Of a DNA stretch of 64,000 bases, positions 40,655-51,187 are shown piece after piece (within the stretch, counting starts at the first letter, position 1; the number at the start of each line of letters is the position of its first letter). The notes below the pieces were generated by a model. That model was not told the origin of the DNA. It worked only from the letters and a program-made list of their open reading frames with translations, and did no database searches. The stretch lies in the sequence record SRR20825019_212; one strand, 5' to 3'. Made by a program: the position numbers and the translations under genes.

Positions 40655-41293
40655 TCAAGTTGATCTCACACCCTCTTCAAGCTGTTTCTTTCGGTGCACA
40701 TCAAAACTCTCAATAAAAGCATCCGGGTCTTCTGCGACATCTTTTCCCGATAAGGCCTTTTTAAAAGTCTGTACCAATATTTTGGAATCCATCAAGAGGC
40801 CAATATTCTCTACATATTCTACGTCTAGGTCAAATCTTTCCTCCCAAGTCAAAAAATTTCTTCCGGATATTTGAGCAAGACCGGTAATACCAGGTCTCAC
40901 TGAATGTCTTTTTTTTTCTCTCTCATTGTAGAACGGCAGGTAATATGTTCTCAACGGTCTGGGTCCAACCAAGCTCATATCCCCTTTTACTATATTGATA
41001 AGTTGTGGGATCTCGTCCAAGGAGGTCTTTCTTACGAATGCGCCTACTTTGGTTATACGTTGGTTGTCGGGCAGCAATTTTCCGGAATCATCGGTTTTGT
41101 CGTTCATAGTCTTAAACTTTAGAATATGAAAAACCTTTTCATTTTTACCTGGCCGTTCTTGCGTAAAAAAAGGAGTTCCCTTAAAATCGATCCAAAGTAA
41201 AATGGTGACTAAAATAAAGATTGGAGAAAGCAAGATCAATCCAACAAATGATGCCGTAAAGTCAAAACATCTTTTAAAAAAATTACTGTACAC
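40655..41293 (-). CDS. Second initiating phosphoglycosyl transferase (PglC-like)
   Basis: KFKTM, SLDEIPQL, GDMSLVGPRP, RPGITGLAQISGRN; GTG start. Confidence 0.9.
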   Translation of the reverse strand: MYSNFFKRCFDFTASFVGLILLSPIFILVTILLWIDFKGTPFFTQERPGKNEKVFHILKFKTMNDKTDDSGKLLPDNQRITKVGAFVRKTSLDEIPQLINIVKGDMSLVGPRPLRTYYLPFYNEREKKRHSVRPGITGLAQISGRNFLTWEERFDLDVEYVENIGLLMDSKILVQTFKKALSGKDVAEDPDAFIESFDVHRKKQLEEGVRST

Positions 41294-41332
41294 CGGAATA
41301 TAAGTTTAGTTATTTTTCAATTTGAAAATGTA

Positions 41333-41914
41333 TTAATTCTGATTTTCCATCAACTTCATACTTTCAATGATCAACGGAAGTCCCTTACTTGAAAACTTCG
41401 GATATAACGTATCAAAAGTATCTCCCTCATCTATTCTAACAGGCTCTTGGCACAAGATGGTTCCACGATCGAACCTGTCATCGATAATATGTGTCGTAAT
41501 ACCTGTTACCTTCACCCCGTAATCAAGGGCATCCTGTATGGCTGTCTTGGTTGCCAAAAAACTAGGAAACAAGGAGGGATGTATATTCGCTATTTTATTT
41601 GGGAACGCATCCAACATTTGCTTTCGGATAAGGTGTTCGAATCCAAGAAGGAAAATGTGCGTTATCCCGTTTTCCAATAAAATATCGATCATTCTAGCTT
41701 GATGGTCCCGCTTATTGTTAAAATCTTTCAAGGGCATACGAACATGCTTTATCCCATTTAGCTTTGCCTCATCAGCCGCGCCACAGTTCTCCTGTTCATA
41801 AATGACCATCCCTATTTTGTCAATTTGACCATTTTCGGCATGCCATGCAATGGCATCTTTGGCATTTTTGCCCCAAAAACTACATAAAAAGGCCCATTTG
41901 ATTTTTTTATCCAT
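41333..41914 (-). CDS. Formyltransferase (PurN-like N10-formyl-THF-dependent fold)
   Basis: NIHPSLFPSF, GVKVTGITTH, DRGTILCQ; lacks the canonical PurN N-terminal SGxGSN loop. Confidence 0.8.
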   Translation of the reverse strand: MDKKIKWAFLCSFWGKNAKDAIAWHAENGQIDKIGMVIYEQENCGAADEAKLNGIKHVRMPLKDFNNKRDHQARMIDILLENGITHIFLLGFEHLIRKQMLDAFPNKIANIHPSLFPSFLATKTAIQDALDYGVKVTGITTHIIDDRFDRGTILCQEPVRIDEGDTFDTLYPKFSSKGLPLIIESMKLMENQN

Positions 41915-42231
41915 ATAAAGTGTTCATTAATAGCATCTACAAATAGGAAAGATATGCTCATTCTGATTGACCACTTTCCTAATTCAGTAAAAATAAATGA
42001 TGCCGTTGCAATAGTATTTGCTCCAACAATCGCTAAGATAATCCCGGGCATTGCAATACTCCAAGAATTTCTGCCGAACGCCCTTATTTTACCCGTAACA
42101 TGACGAACATCCTTAATTAGTAAGTTCATCGATGAAACCTGTGAGATTAACTCGATCCTGTGTTGAAATATCCAATTAATCTTACTTTTACAATAAACCG
42201 ACCAATAGTTTCCCAAACACAAGGATTATCC

Positions 42232-43674
42232 ATGCTTTTTAATTCTTTTGAGTTCCTACTTTTTTTTCCAATAGTACTTTTAATGTACTATCTGCTACCT
42301 CATAAACTACGGTGGCTGTTCTTATTGGCTTCAAGTTATTATTTCTATGCCGCATCGGAACCCTACCTGATTATTCTATTGCTCATATCCACTCTGGTGG
42401 ATTACTATTGTGGTCTAAAAATCGGCGACGTAGTTTCCAGAAGGAAAAAATATTACCTATGGCTCAGCATAGTGGTCAACATAGGCATTCTTGTTGCCTT
42501 CAAATATTTATTTTTCTTCATTGATTCCACAAACAGCATCTTGGAATATTTTGGGGTAGAGATATCCTCTTCCGAAAAAATACAGTCGTACAGAATTGAT
42601 CAAATCTTGTTACCGGTAGGTATCAGCTTCTATACGTTTCAGACCATGAGCTACACCATAGAGGTTTACCGGGGCAATATGAAGCCCGAGAAACACCTTG
42701 GTAGATTCGCCCTTTTTGTTGCTTTCTTTCCTCAATTGGTCGCTGGCCCTATTGAAAAGGCCACTAGGCTATTGCCTCAGTTAAAAAAAACCATTTCTCC
42801 CGATATATCCCAAATCAAACGAGGAATGATAATCATGGCATGGGGGTTCTTTTTAAAAATTGTCGTGGCCGATCGTTTGGGCATTTACGTGGATGCTGTT
42901 TATGCTGATCCAGACGGTCATCAGGGACTCCCCTCTTTGTTGGCAGCTTTCTTTTTTGTATTCCAGATATACTTTGATTTCGCTGCCTACACTTATATTG
43001 CTATAGGAGCTGCAAAGACCATGGGGATTTCATTGATCAATAATTTTAACAGACCCTTGTTCTCGATCAATATTACGCAGTTCTGGCAACGCTGGCATAT
43101 ATCGCTGACCCAATGGATTAGGGATTATCTCTATAGTCCCTTGAGAAGAAAGGCCCATTTAAACCGGGTGGTCTCCGTACTATTGGTCTTCTTTATTATG
43201 GGACTATGGCACGGAGCCAATTGGACCTTTGTGGTCTGGGGATTGATCAATGCCCTGTTTTTGATAATAGAAGTGGCTACCAACAAATGGCGGAAAAATA
43301 GTTTTGACTTTTTACACATTCCCTCCAAGCTTAGGTACTTTATGGGTTGGGCGGTGTCATTTACCCTAATGATGCTGTCCCTAATCTTCTTTAGATCGGC
43401 ATCAATACAAGAAGCTTTCAACTTTATTGGCAATCTTTTTGTTGTTCCAAACTTGCACATCAATGTACTCAACAACTATTTGGAGCTCTTTTTGAGCATC
43501 CTTTTGATTTTTGGTGTACAATGGGTTCACTTTGTTAAGGGGAACAATAAGATATATGAATTGGTGGAAGGGCGACCGGTCTGGGCCCGGTGGTCCATGT
43601 ACTTGGCATATATCGCCATTATTGTGATGCTGGGCATCAACAGGCAAGAGAGTTTTATTTATTTTCAATTCTGA
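42232..43674 (+). CDS. MBOAT O-acyltransferase (AlgI/DltB-like), copy 1
   Basis: MLFNS, LPVGISFYTFQ, FFPQLVAGPIE, FWQRWHISL, catalytic GLWHGA, C-terminal FIYFQF; start set at ATG 42232. Confidence 0.92.
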   Translation: MLFNSFEFLLFFPIVLLMYYLLPHKLRWLFLLASSYYFYAASEPYLIILLLISTLVDYYCGLKIGDVVSRRKKYYLWLSIVVNIGILVAFKYLFFFIDSTNSILEYFGVEISSSEKIQSYRIDQILLPVGISFYTFQTMSYTIEVYRGNMKPEKHLGRFALFVAFFPQLVAGPIEKATRLLPQLKKTISPDISQIKRGMIIMAWGFFLKIVVADRLGIYVDAVYADPDGHQGLPSLLAAFFFVFQIYFDFAAYTYIAIGAAKTMGISLINNFNRPLFSINITQFWQRWHISLTQWIRDYLYSPLRRKAHLNRVVSVLLVFFIMGLWHGANWTFVVWGLINALFLIIEVATNKWRKNSFDFLHIPSKLRYFMGWAVSFTLMMLSLIFFRSASIQEAFNFIGNLFVVPNLHINVLNNYLELFLSILLIFGVQWVHFVKGNNKIYELVEGRPVWARWSMYLAYIAIIVMLGINRQESFIYFQF

Positions 43675-43679
43675 TCACA

Positions 43680-44615
43680 ATGAGATATTTTATCCTAAAG
43701 CTCCTCCTTTTTTTCGCGCTATTGGCCTCGGCGTATGCCTTTATGGTCAATAGACTTTCCGAAGGCTATGTAGATATGTATTATCCTAAATATACCCAAG
43801 GTGCCAGTAGTTTGGTCATTGGACTCTCGAGGGCAGATCAAGGAATTGACCCCAAAACAGTCACCGAAAATATCAATCAGGAAATAAATCTGCCATTGAT
43901 AAATTTCGCCGCTAACCAATACTATTATGGAGAGGTATATCTGGAGGCCATCAAAGAAAAACTTATTAGGGCCAATGGCAAAGGAGTGTTCATACTAAGT
44001 GCATCTCCGGGTAGCTTTACCGCCCCTATTGGCTTTGGAGCCGAAGGAATCAAAAAAATGGACGAGAAAGCGGCCATAGGAAAAACCGAAGACTTCAACT
44101 CGAACCCCAACTATAGTTACATCATAAACTGTTATGGACAGGGGCTTTACCATGCCCTGTTTGCCCAAAGGGCACCAGGAAATGTAATTACGCATGACAA
44201 TGGATGGAACGAGGTCTTGGTATCTGGAAGCGACTTTACCCTGAGCGATGCTTTGAAAATGGACTGGAAAAGACAAAACCTTGCCTATTTTCAACGTAGA
44301 CTACCCAAGGAAGAAACAAAAAACTATAGATGGGAATGGTTTGGAAAGACCATTGAATACCTTAAGGACAAGGGACAGGTAATTTTGGTAAGAATGCCGG
44401 CCGACAAAGAAATTATTGATTTCGAAAATGAGAATTCCCCCAATTTTAGAAAATCAATGGACAGCATTACAAAAATTCATCAAATTCCTTATCTCGACTA
44501 TTCCAAAAATGCCTCTGGTTACAAAACCTATGATGGGTCGCACCTACATTCTGAGAGCGCTATCCAATTTTCTACACAATTGGCCAAGGATATCGCCGTT
44601 CATATAAAAAAGTGA
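43680..44615 (+). CDS. Membrane-anchored SGNH-like (DltD/AlgJ-type) acyltransferase partner
   Basis: N-terminal TM, IGLSRA (G-x-S), C-terminal YDGSHL (D-x-x-H); directly after the MBOAT; start set at ATG 43680. Confidence 0.65.
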   Translation: MRYFILKLLLFFALLASAYAFMVNRLSEGYVDMYYPKYTQGASSLVIGLSRADQGIDPKTVTENINQEINLPLINFAANQYYYGEVYLEAIKEKLIRANGKGVFILSASPGSFTAPIGFGAEGIKKMDEKAAIGKTEDFNSNPNYSYIINCYGQGLYHALFAQRAPGNVITHDNGWNEVLVSGSDFTLSDALKMDWKRQNLAYFQRRLPKEETKNYRWEWFGKTIEYLKDKGQVILVRMPADKEIIDFENENSPNFRKSMDSITKIHQIPYLDYSKNASGYKTYDGSHLHSESAIQFSTQLAKDIAVHIKK

Positions 44616-44622
44616 TAGCCGC

Positions 44623-45660
44623 TTGATAAGTGAAAAAAAACATATAATTCCCCCACCACTTGATGACCCGTATACTTCGGATACCTTCACGTCCATTTGG
44701 TCACAGCACTTTGCAAGAGGTTTGGATACCATCAATTGTGATTGTTTTGAAGGAATATCGTTTTATAAAAAGGGAAGACTTCCCGTATATAACAATGTAG
44801 GGGCCACAAACACTAAAGGGATTCATTATTGTGTCAATCCCTCAACCATGCCCATTGCAAATGACAACAAGGTCTATCTTATTTATGATGTTCCGGATTT
44901 TGGATTCCACAGGGAACAAATACCAAATGGACTCCGATTGATTTCTATACCACAATACGAAGGTTATATTTGTGATTTGGCCAATGAAGGGTCCGCCGAA
45001 GGATACCTCACAACCAACCTAAGCTCGCGGAGCCGGTCCAAGTTGAGGAATTACGGAAATAAGTTGAAGAAAAAGTATTCAGTGGAATACCAGATGATAT
45101 GGGGCGATATGCCAGAAAAAGAATATGACACCCTTTTTGAAAAATTCCATGAACTTCTTGTACGCAGGTTCGATGAAAAACAGATAGTGAACAACAATCT
45201 GGACCCAAAAGAATGGTCATTTTTCAAGGATGTTACTTTGCCAATGATGCGCAACAAAGAAGCAGGTTTATTTGTTGGCTCTGTTCAGGGCAATCCAATA
45301 GCCATTACACTACTCAATTTTTCAAAGGACCATGCCTATGACGTCATACGGGTTTTTGACATCGATTTTTCAGAGTATAGGATAGGTAGTCTCAGTATAG
45401 TTGGACAAATAGATTGGTGCATTAAAAACAATTTTAAGGTTTTGGACTTTTCCAAAGGTCATTTTGATTATAAGGAGAGATGGTGCAATCGTTCCTATAT
45501 GCTAAATTATCATATCTGGTACAATCCCAAGAGCTTGATGAGCAGGGGAATTGCCCAACTATTGGCTACAAAGTTCAAACTTAAATACTGGGCCCGTACA
45601 CAAGGAATTCATAAAAGCTTGCATAAAATACGCTATAAACTGGGACACAAACCTAAGTGA
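44623..45660 (+). CDS. GNAT/Fem-like (Acetyltransf_6-type) protein, array member 1
   Basis: YDVPDF, RRFDEK, FDIDFSEYRIG, DFSKGHFDYKERW; TTG start uncertain. Confidence 0.75.
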   Translation: MISEKKHIIPPPLDDPYTSDTFTSIWSQHFARGLDTINCDCFEGISFYKKGRLPVYNNVGATNTKGIHYCVNPSTMPIANDNKVYLIYDVPDFGFHREQIPNGLRLISIPQYEGYICDLANEGSAEGYLTTNLSSRSRSKLRNYGNKLKKKYSVEYQMIWGDMPEKEYDTLFEKFHELLVRRFDEKQIVNNNLDPKEWSFFKDVTLPMMRNKEAGLFVGSVQGNPIAITLLNFSKDHAYDVIRVFDIDFSEYRIGSLSIVGQIDWCIKNNFKVLDFSKGHFDYKERWCNRSYMLNYHIWYNPKSLMSRGIAQLLATKFKLKYWARTQGIHKSLHKIRYKLGHKPK

Positions 45661-45671
45661 AATGTTGAACA

Positions 45672-46619
45672 ATGACTGGCCTTCCCAAGCACTATACCGA
45701 CCATTGTCTGTTTCAGTTATACCTGAACAAAACACTGCATGCCGTACACCAAGGGAAAGTTCGGAACCTGCTTGTGAACCGTTATTTATCACTTACCCCC
45801 TCAGTCTATCAAGAAGATGGGAAATCATTTTATATAATCAAAGACGTACCCGACTATCTTAATTTTCAAGAACATACTCCCCTTGACCATGGCTTTATCA
45901 AGGTACCACAATATGATGGACATTTAGTCAACCTACATTCCTACCAGAACCTCTCTGAGTATTTGAACGACCAACTCAGTAAACGCAATATCAAAAATCT
46001 TAGGAGTAAAAAAAGAAAACTGGAATCCTTGGGAGGCATCAGGTATAAGGTGTTGTCTGGTGATTTGGTGGAATCTGAATATGAAAAAATATTCGACTAT
46101 TTTAAAAAACTACTGTCCAAAAGGTTTGATCAAAAGGGTATTCTGAACAGGGACCTTGCCTACTGGCGGCAATTGTATGGTTTTACACTGCCCAAGTTAC
46201 GAAATGGCGACGCCAAATTGTTTGTTATATATAAGGATGAACTGCCTATATGCATTGCCTTGAACTACATTGTGGATCATGTAATGTTCAGTCATATTCA
46301 AACCTACGACATTGATTATTCACCATACAATTTGGGCGATATCCATATACAGTTCCAGTTGGAATGGTGTTTCTCCAATAATATTGACATCTATGACGTT
46401 TCCAAGGGTACCAACCCTTACAAGGAAAAATGGTGCAATCATCGCTATCGTTTGTTCCACGAAATCGTATATTCCAAAAAATCCGTTGTGTGCACCATAA
46501 GGGCCAAATCCAAAAAAATAGAACTGAACATCTTGCAATGGTTCAGAAATATAGGGATTTTGGGAAATCTAATACAAATGGACAAATGGTTATATGCCAT
46601 AAATAAATGGCGCAAATAG
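45672..46619 (+). CDS. GNAT/Fem-like protein, array member 2
   Basis: KDVPDY, KRFDQK, YDIDYSPYNLG, DVSKGTNPYKEKW. Confidence 0.75.
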   Translation: MTGLPKHYTDHCLFQLYLNKTLHAVHQGKVRNLLVNRYLSLTPSVYQEDGKSFYIIKDVPDYLNFQEHTPLDHGFIKVPQYDGHLVNLHSYQNLSEYLNDQLSKRNIKNLRSKKRKLESLGGIRYKVLSGDLVESEYEKIFDYFKKLLSKRFDQKGILNRDLAYWRQLYGFTLPKLRNGDAKLFVIYKDELPICIALNYIVDHVMFSHIQTYDIDYSPYNLGDIHIQFQLEWCFSNNIDIYDVSKGTNPYKEKWCNHRYRLFHEIVYSKKSVVCTIRAKSKKIELNILQWFRNIGILGNLIQMDKWLYAINKWRK

Positions 46620-46651
46620 GTTATTTTAATAACAGGTGAGAGTCACTAATT

Positions 46652-47818
46652 ATGGCGAGAATTCTTAACATACTATCCAATCACATCGATTTTCATGAAC
46701 TTGTTCTTCTTGAAAAAAAGACGGACAAGTTGTATCGCTGGATAAGGAATTCATTTACCGGCAATTTGGCATATCAAAAAAAGCTTCCCCGAGAAAATCC
46801 TAACTACGGTGGACAAAGGCCCATGGTACTTACCAGTGTACCTAGTTATATTGATACGGAACTGGACCTTGGAACCGATATAATCATTAAAAAAGTCCGG
46901 ACCTTCCCTGGCTCATTGATAAAACTATCGGCCTATAAAAGTTACGAGGAGTACTTAAAAAAGACCTTTGATCAAAAAGGACGGTCTCATTTTGCCAAAT
47001 GTCAGAATCTCCTGAATGAGTGTTTTACCATCCGGCATCAAATCTATTATGGTTCCATGGAAAAGGAAGAATACCAAATAGTTTTTAATGCTTTTGAGCA
47101 AATGCAGGCTAGGCGTTTTAAACAAAAGGGCTTACAGTCCGGTACTGATCCTATGCTATCGGAATACCGAGAAAAAACCTTGGAACTTGTTCGCAATAAA
47201 CAAGCTTGCATTTCGGTCATATATAATGGGGATACGCCCATCGCCATAAGTCTGAACTATATACTGGGAAAAATTATTCATGGATTCACCAAAACCTTTG
47301 ATTCGGCCTATTCCAAATTTAGTCTAGGACACATTGAACTTCTCAATGTCATAAAGTGGTCCTTTGATGAAGGATTTGAAGTGTTCGATTTTATGAAAGG
47401 TGAATATAGCTACAAAAATAGGTTTGCAGATACCTCCTACCCTTTTTTGCTCGAAACCATATACCACAAGAAAGGAACCTTAAATCGCATTTGGGGCCGT
47501 TCCGTTTTTTTGGGGCTAAAACTTTTTTATTTTATCTATCACGCTACAAGACTTGTTAGATCTGCCAATACCAAAAGGTCTAGGAACATATCCAGAAATT
47601 TGTTGAAAGTTCAAAAAATACCTGTAGATACTGATACCATTAGCGTTGAGGAGAAAAGAGTGCATTTCGATGAAATACAGAGTCAATATATTCAAAAAGC
47701 CATCTGTGATTATTGTTATCGCAACAGAGAGCCCATGGATTCCTTTAAATTTTATTTAAAAGATGACCATATAAAAATGATATCCAAGAAAGAAGTTTTG
47801 ATATTTAAGGAGCTATAG
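46652..47818 (+). CDS. GNAT/Fem-like protein, array member 3
   Basis: TSVPSY, RRFKQK, FDSAYSKFSLG, DFMKGEYSYKNRF. Confidence 0.75.
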   Translation: MARILNILSNHIDFHELVLLEKKTDKLYRWIRNSFTGNLAYQKKLPRENPNYGGQRPMVLTSVPSYIDTELDLGTDIIIKKVRTFPGSLIKLSAYKSYEEYLKKTFDQKGRSHFAKCQNLLNECFTIRHQIYYGSMEKEEYQIVFNAFEQMQARRFKQKGLQSGTDPMLSEYREKTLELVRNKQACISVIYNGDTPIAISLNYILGKIIHGFTKTFDSAYSKFSLGHIELLNVIKWSFDEGFEVFDFMKGEYSYKNRFADTSYPFLLETIYHKKGTLNRIWGRSVFLGLKLFYFIYHATRLVRSANTKRSRNISRNLLKVQKIPVDTDTISVEEKRVHFDEIQSQYIQKAICDYCYRNREPMDSFKFYLKDDHIKMISKKEVLIFKEL

Positions 47819-47824
47819 CCCAAT

Positions 47825-49021
47825 ATGAAGAACGTTTCCTTTTTAGCAGAGCTACTCGAAAAAGACACTATTACCGAGCATGTAAGGTCTATTTCCCTAA
47901 AAGATGATCCTAGCAAGGTGTATCTAAATACAACTGATAAGCTGGAGCCTCGTAGAGAAAATGTGCTCTATACTGACGTGCCGGGATACTTGAACGTTAC
48001 TTTTACACAAAACGGCCAGAAAAAATGGGGAGAATCAGTGGCTACTTTTGAGGGTTCCTATATTGATTTAAAAAAATATACTGACCTAGACCAGCTCTTG
48101 AAAAGTAAGTTGAGCTCTAAAAGAGTATCGAGGTTGAGGGCCTATAAAAGAACCTTGGAAAAGGTATTCCCAATAAACTATCAATATTATTATGGCGAAA
48201 TACAGGATCGCACTTATGAAAACTTGATGAACACCTTGAAACAGATGGTCACCACCCGTTTTGATGAAAAACAAATGAGCCATATGGCCCTCACGGAATG
48301 GGATCGATTCAAGGAACTGGGAAAAGGACTTATTCGAGAAAAAAAAGCATCCTTGATCGTTATTTATCATGGTGATGAGCCTATACATATTTCCTTCAAC
48401 TATATCTGGAAACAATTGGTTTTTGGCTATGTCAGGGGCTTCAATATTGATTACTCCAAGTTTTACCTGGGGTATATCGATATCATGATCCAACTACAAT
48501 GGTGTTTTGAGATGGGTTTCGAAATCTATGACCTTTTGCGTGAAAATATGGAGTACAAACTTCGTTTTGCGGATCATACCTATCTCTATGCCTGTCATAT
48601 AACGGTTGCCAAACAAGGACCTCTTTCTATAATAAGTCCTTTAATAACTTGGCTCTCCCTATCGTTAAAATTTGACATCTATTATCCATTCATGTCAAGA
48701 TTAAGAGCCATTTACCACCGAATCCCATTCTTGCCCAAAAGAAAGAAAAGAAGAATTCAGCCCTTCTACCATTTGGAAAAACTCGACAAAGAACAATGGG
48801 CAAAAATGGACAAGAAAAGGTTCTCGCAAACTGGAATCGACTCTTTGAACGAACCCTATGGCAAACGAGCCATATATCACTTTTTGTACCTTTCCAAGGA
48901 CAAACTGGAGCATCTCAAAATCTACACCAGTTTGGACGATGAGCATTCAATTATTTTGGAATGCCCCAACAGTTTAGGAAAAGTCATTTTCAAAAACAGA
49001 GTGGAAAAGCATGGGAAATAA
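47825..49021 (+). CDS. GNAT/Fem-like protein, array member 4
   Basis: TDVPGY, TRFDEK, FNIDYSKFYLG, DLLRENMEYKLRF. Confidence 0.75.
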   Translation: MKNVSFLAELLEKDTITEHVRSISLKDDPSKVYLNTTDKLEPRRENVLYTDVPGYLNVTFTQNGQKKWGESVATFEGSYIDLKKYTDLDQLLKSKLSSKRVSRLRAYKRTLEKVFPINYQYYYGEIQDRTYENLMNTLKQMVTTRFDEKQMSHMALTEWDRFKELGKGLIREKKASLIVIYHGDEPIHISFNYIWKQLVFGYVRGFNIDYSKFYLGYIDIMIQLQWCFEMGFEIYDLLRENMEYKLRFADHTYLYACHITVAKQGPLSIISPLITWLSLSLKFDIYYPFMSRLRAIYHRIPFLPKRKKRRIQPFYHLEKLDKEQWAKMDKKRFSQTGIDSLNEPYGKRAIYHFLYLSKDKLEHLKIYTSLDDEHSIILECPNSLGKVIFKNRVEKHGK

Positions 49022-50189
49022 GCCATCCAATAAAATCATCTTTTTGAGATCGCTATTAGCAGAAGAAAAGTTTCCGGATGCCATCGAACAGGTGTTGGAC
49101 TCCAGAAATGACCTTCCACTCTATGAAAAAACTTCGGCCAATCCACTATTCATAGAAAATAAGTCCTTTGTCCTTCAAGATGTGCCCGGTTACGTAAATT
49201 TGATATTGAATCAACATCAGAGAAAGCTTTCAACACATACCATTCCCACTCAACAAACGCATGTAATCGAGCTCGACCGCTATTCCGATGGGAACCAATA
49301 CATGGAACAACATTTTGGCCCAAAAACCCGGTCCGCCCTTAGAAGATACAAAAAACGCTTGGAGGAATGTTTTGATATCCGTTATGAAGCATATCAGGGG
49401 AACATCGATAAAAAATGGTACAATGAAATCTTTGAACAACTAAGAACACTCATGACAAGAAGGTTCAAAGAAAAGAACGAAGAGAACTATGAACTGCCGC
49501 ATCTTGACGAAATAAAGGCTGATCTGTACCCGATGCTATTGCAAAATAGGGCAACATTATTCGTCATATATGCAAATGGAGAACCGGTAAGCATCAGAAT
49601 CAACATGATGAAGGATAAACTGGCCTTTTACATACTCAGTGCGTATGACCCGGATTATGATGTTTTTCGATTGGGAAAGTTGGATATGTGGAAGAATATT
49701 TCTTGGTTAATTAATCAAGGTTATACCACATACGACCTGCTAAAAGGATATGCCTACATCAAAGAAAAATGGGCTGACAGAACGTATGCCAACAATCTGG
49801 TTTTTGTAAATGAAGCTTCAAATTTATGGAACCGGCTAAAGTTCTTCGTTACACTAACGAGTGTACGATTTAGACATACCATGGTAAAAAAATTAAAATA
49901 TATAGGGCTGGACAAAATCATACACCGAATAAAAAGGAGAAAGATAAATCATCTTGACAAAGCCAACTATGTGGTTTTACCTTTGAAAGAAACGAAAGCT
50001 ATCAAAACAATCCATAAAAATGCCCTGATAAACCTAAAAGAAAACAAATCACTGATTGCACCGATTATTGAACTTGCATATAAGCACCGTTCCCGTTTCG
50101 ACCAGATACAAGTATTCCTAAAAAACGGAAATTCCAAGGAATACTATATCCATATCAAGGGCCGTTACTATGTACTAACGTTATGTTGA
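49011..50189 (+). CDS. GNAT/Fem-like protein, array member 5
   Basis: QDVPGY, RRFKEK, YDPDYDVFRLG, DLLKGYAYIKEKW. Confidence 0.75.
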   Translation: MGNKPSNKIIFLRSLLAEEKFPDAIEQVLDSRNDLPLYEKTSANPLFIENKSFVLQDVPGYVNLILNQHQRKLSTHTIPTQQTHVIELDRYSDGNQYMEQHFGPKTRSALRRYKKRLEECFDIRYEAYQGNIDKKWYNEIFEQLRTLMTRRFKEKNEENYELPHLDEIKADLYPMLLQNRATLFVIYANGEPVSIRINMMKDKLAFYILSAYDPDYDVFRLGKLDMWKNISWLINQGYTTYDLLKGYAYIKEKWADRTYANNLVFVNEASNLWNRLKFFVTLTSVRFRHTMVKKLKYIGLDKIIHRIKRRKINHLDKANYVVLPLKETKAIKTIHKNALINLKENKSLIAPIIELAYKHRSRFDQIQVFLKNGNSKEYYIHIKGRYYVLTLC

Positions 50190-50211
50190 TTCCTTCCAAA
50201 ACCACAGACCA

Positions 50212-51185
50212 ATGAGAGCAAGGTTTCTTCTTGATATACTTTTGGGGCCTTCCCATATCGAAACACCGGTTCTTACGGGCAAGGTCGATGAAAATGGCAT
50301 ATATAAGGTGTCATTGGCCGAAAACCAAGATAACGATGAGGCTTACACCATAATCGATGTTCCTGACCACCAATCCGTAAGGTTTTTGGAATCCCTAGAA
50401 TCCCGGAATAGGTTTACTTCCCCCCTATACCAAGGTTATCTTATTGAATTGAGCGAACATGATAGTTTTGAAGATTATTTCAGGTCACATTTTAATGCAA
50501 AAGGATCCAGAAATCTGAGGAGGCAAGGTAAAAAGCTTTTCAAGGAAATTCCTGCCCGCATGGTGACTTACTATGGAAAAACCGAAAGAGGAACGTTGGA
50601 CATGCTGTTTGAAAGCTTGGGAGAGTTCCTTGAAAAACGGTTTGAGCAAAAGGAGGTATCCAATTATGAAATACCCTTGTTGCCCCTGTACAAAAAAATG
50701 TTCCGCAAATTGCTTCCAGAAAAAAAGGCCGTGATTTTTTCCTTGTTCGATGCGGATGATCCAATAGCTTTGGGCATCGGTTTTGTTTATGGAGACACCC
50801 TTTATCTTTTCAATATCGCTTATGATGTTGACTACTCCCAATATGGGCCGGGAAACCAAATTATGATGGAGGCCGTGGCTTGGTGCTTTGATAAAGGAAT
50901 CGCCCGTGTGGATATGGGCCGGGGCGACTTTTTACACAAAAAAAATGGGTGAATACTTCGTACACTTATACACAAATAGACTTGTACGACCCTAAAAATG
51001 TTGGAAGAAGATTGCGGGCATTACTTTCTTGGACCTTGAACACCTCTCGTTTTTATGGAATCCGATTCCTAAAAAAACTCCAAGTGCACCAATTGGCCAA
51101 AAGATGGTTTATCTGGAAATACAGGACCAAACAATTCCTGAGCAATAAAAACGACCATTCCACAAAAAATATATCGGAGTCCTGA
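50212..51185 (+). pseudogene. GNAT/Fem-like protein, array member 6, frameshifted at an A8 tract (50938-50945)
   Basis: ORFs 50212-50952 and 50949-51185 join into one 324-aa frame if one A is added, restoring HKKKW-VNTSY, which matches the family's YK.KW motif. Confidence 0.75.
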
Positions 51186-51187
51186 CC

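Noticed and set aside
41333-41914. Housekeeping purN
   Set aside because: The N-terminal GAR phosphate-binding loop is not canonical and the gene is paired with a sugar transferase, so no symbol was assigned.
41812-42222. 136-aa minus-strand ORF with a hydrophobic stretch in the formyltransferase/MBOAT gap
   Set aside because: It overlaps the formyltransferase out of frame, has no recognisable motif, and occupies a region needed for divergent promoters; probably spurious.
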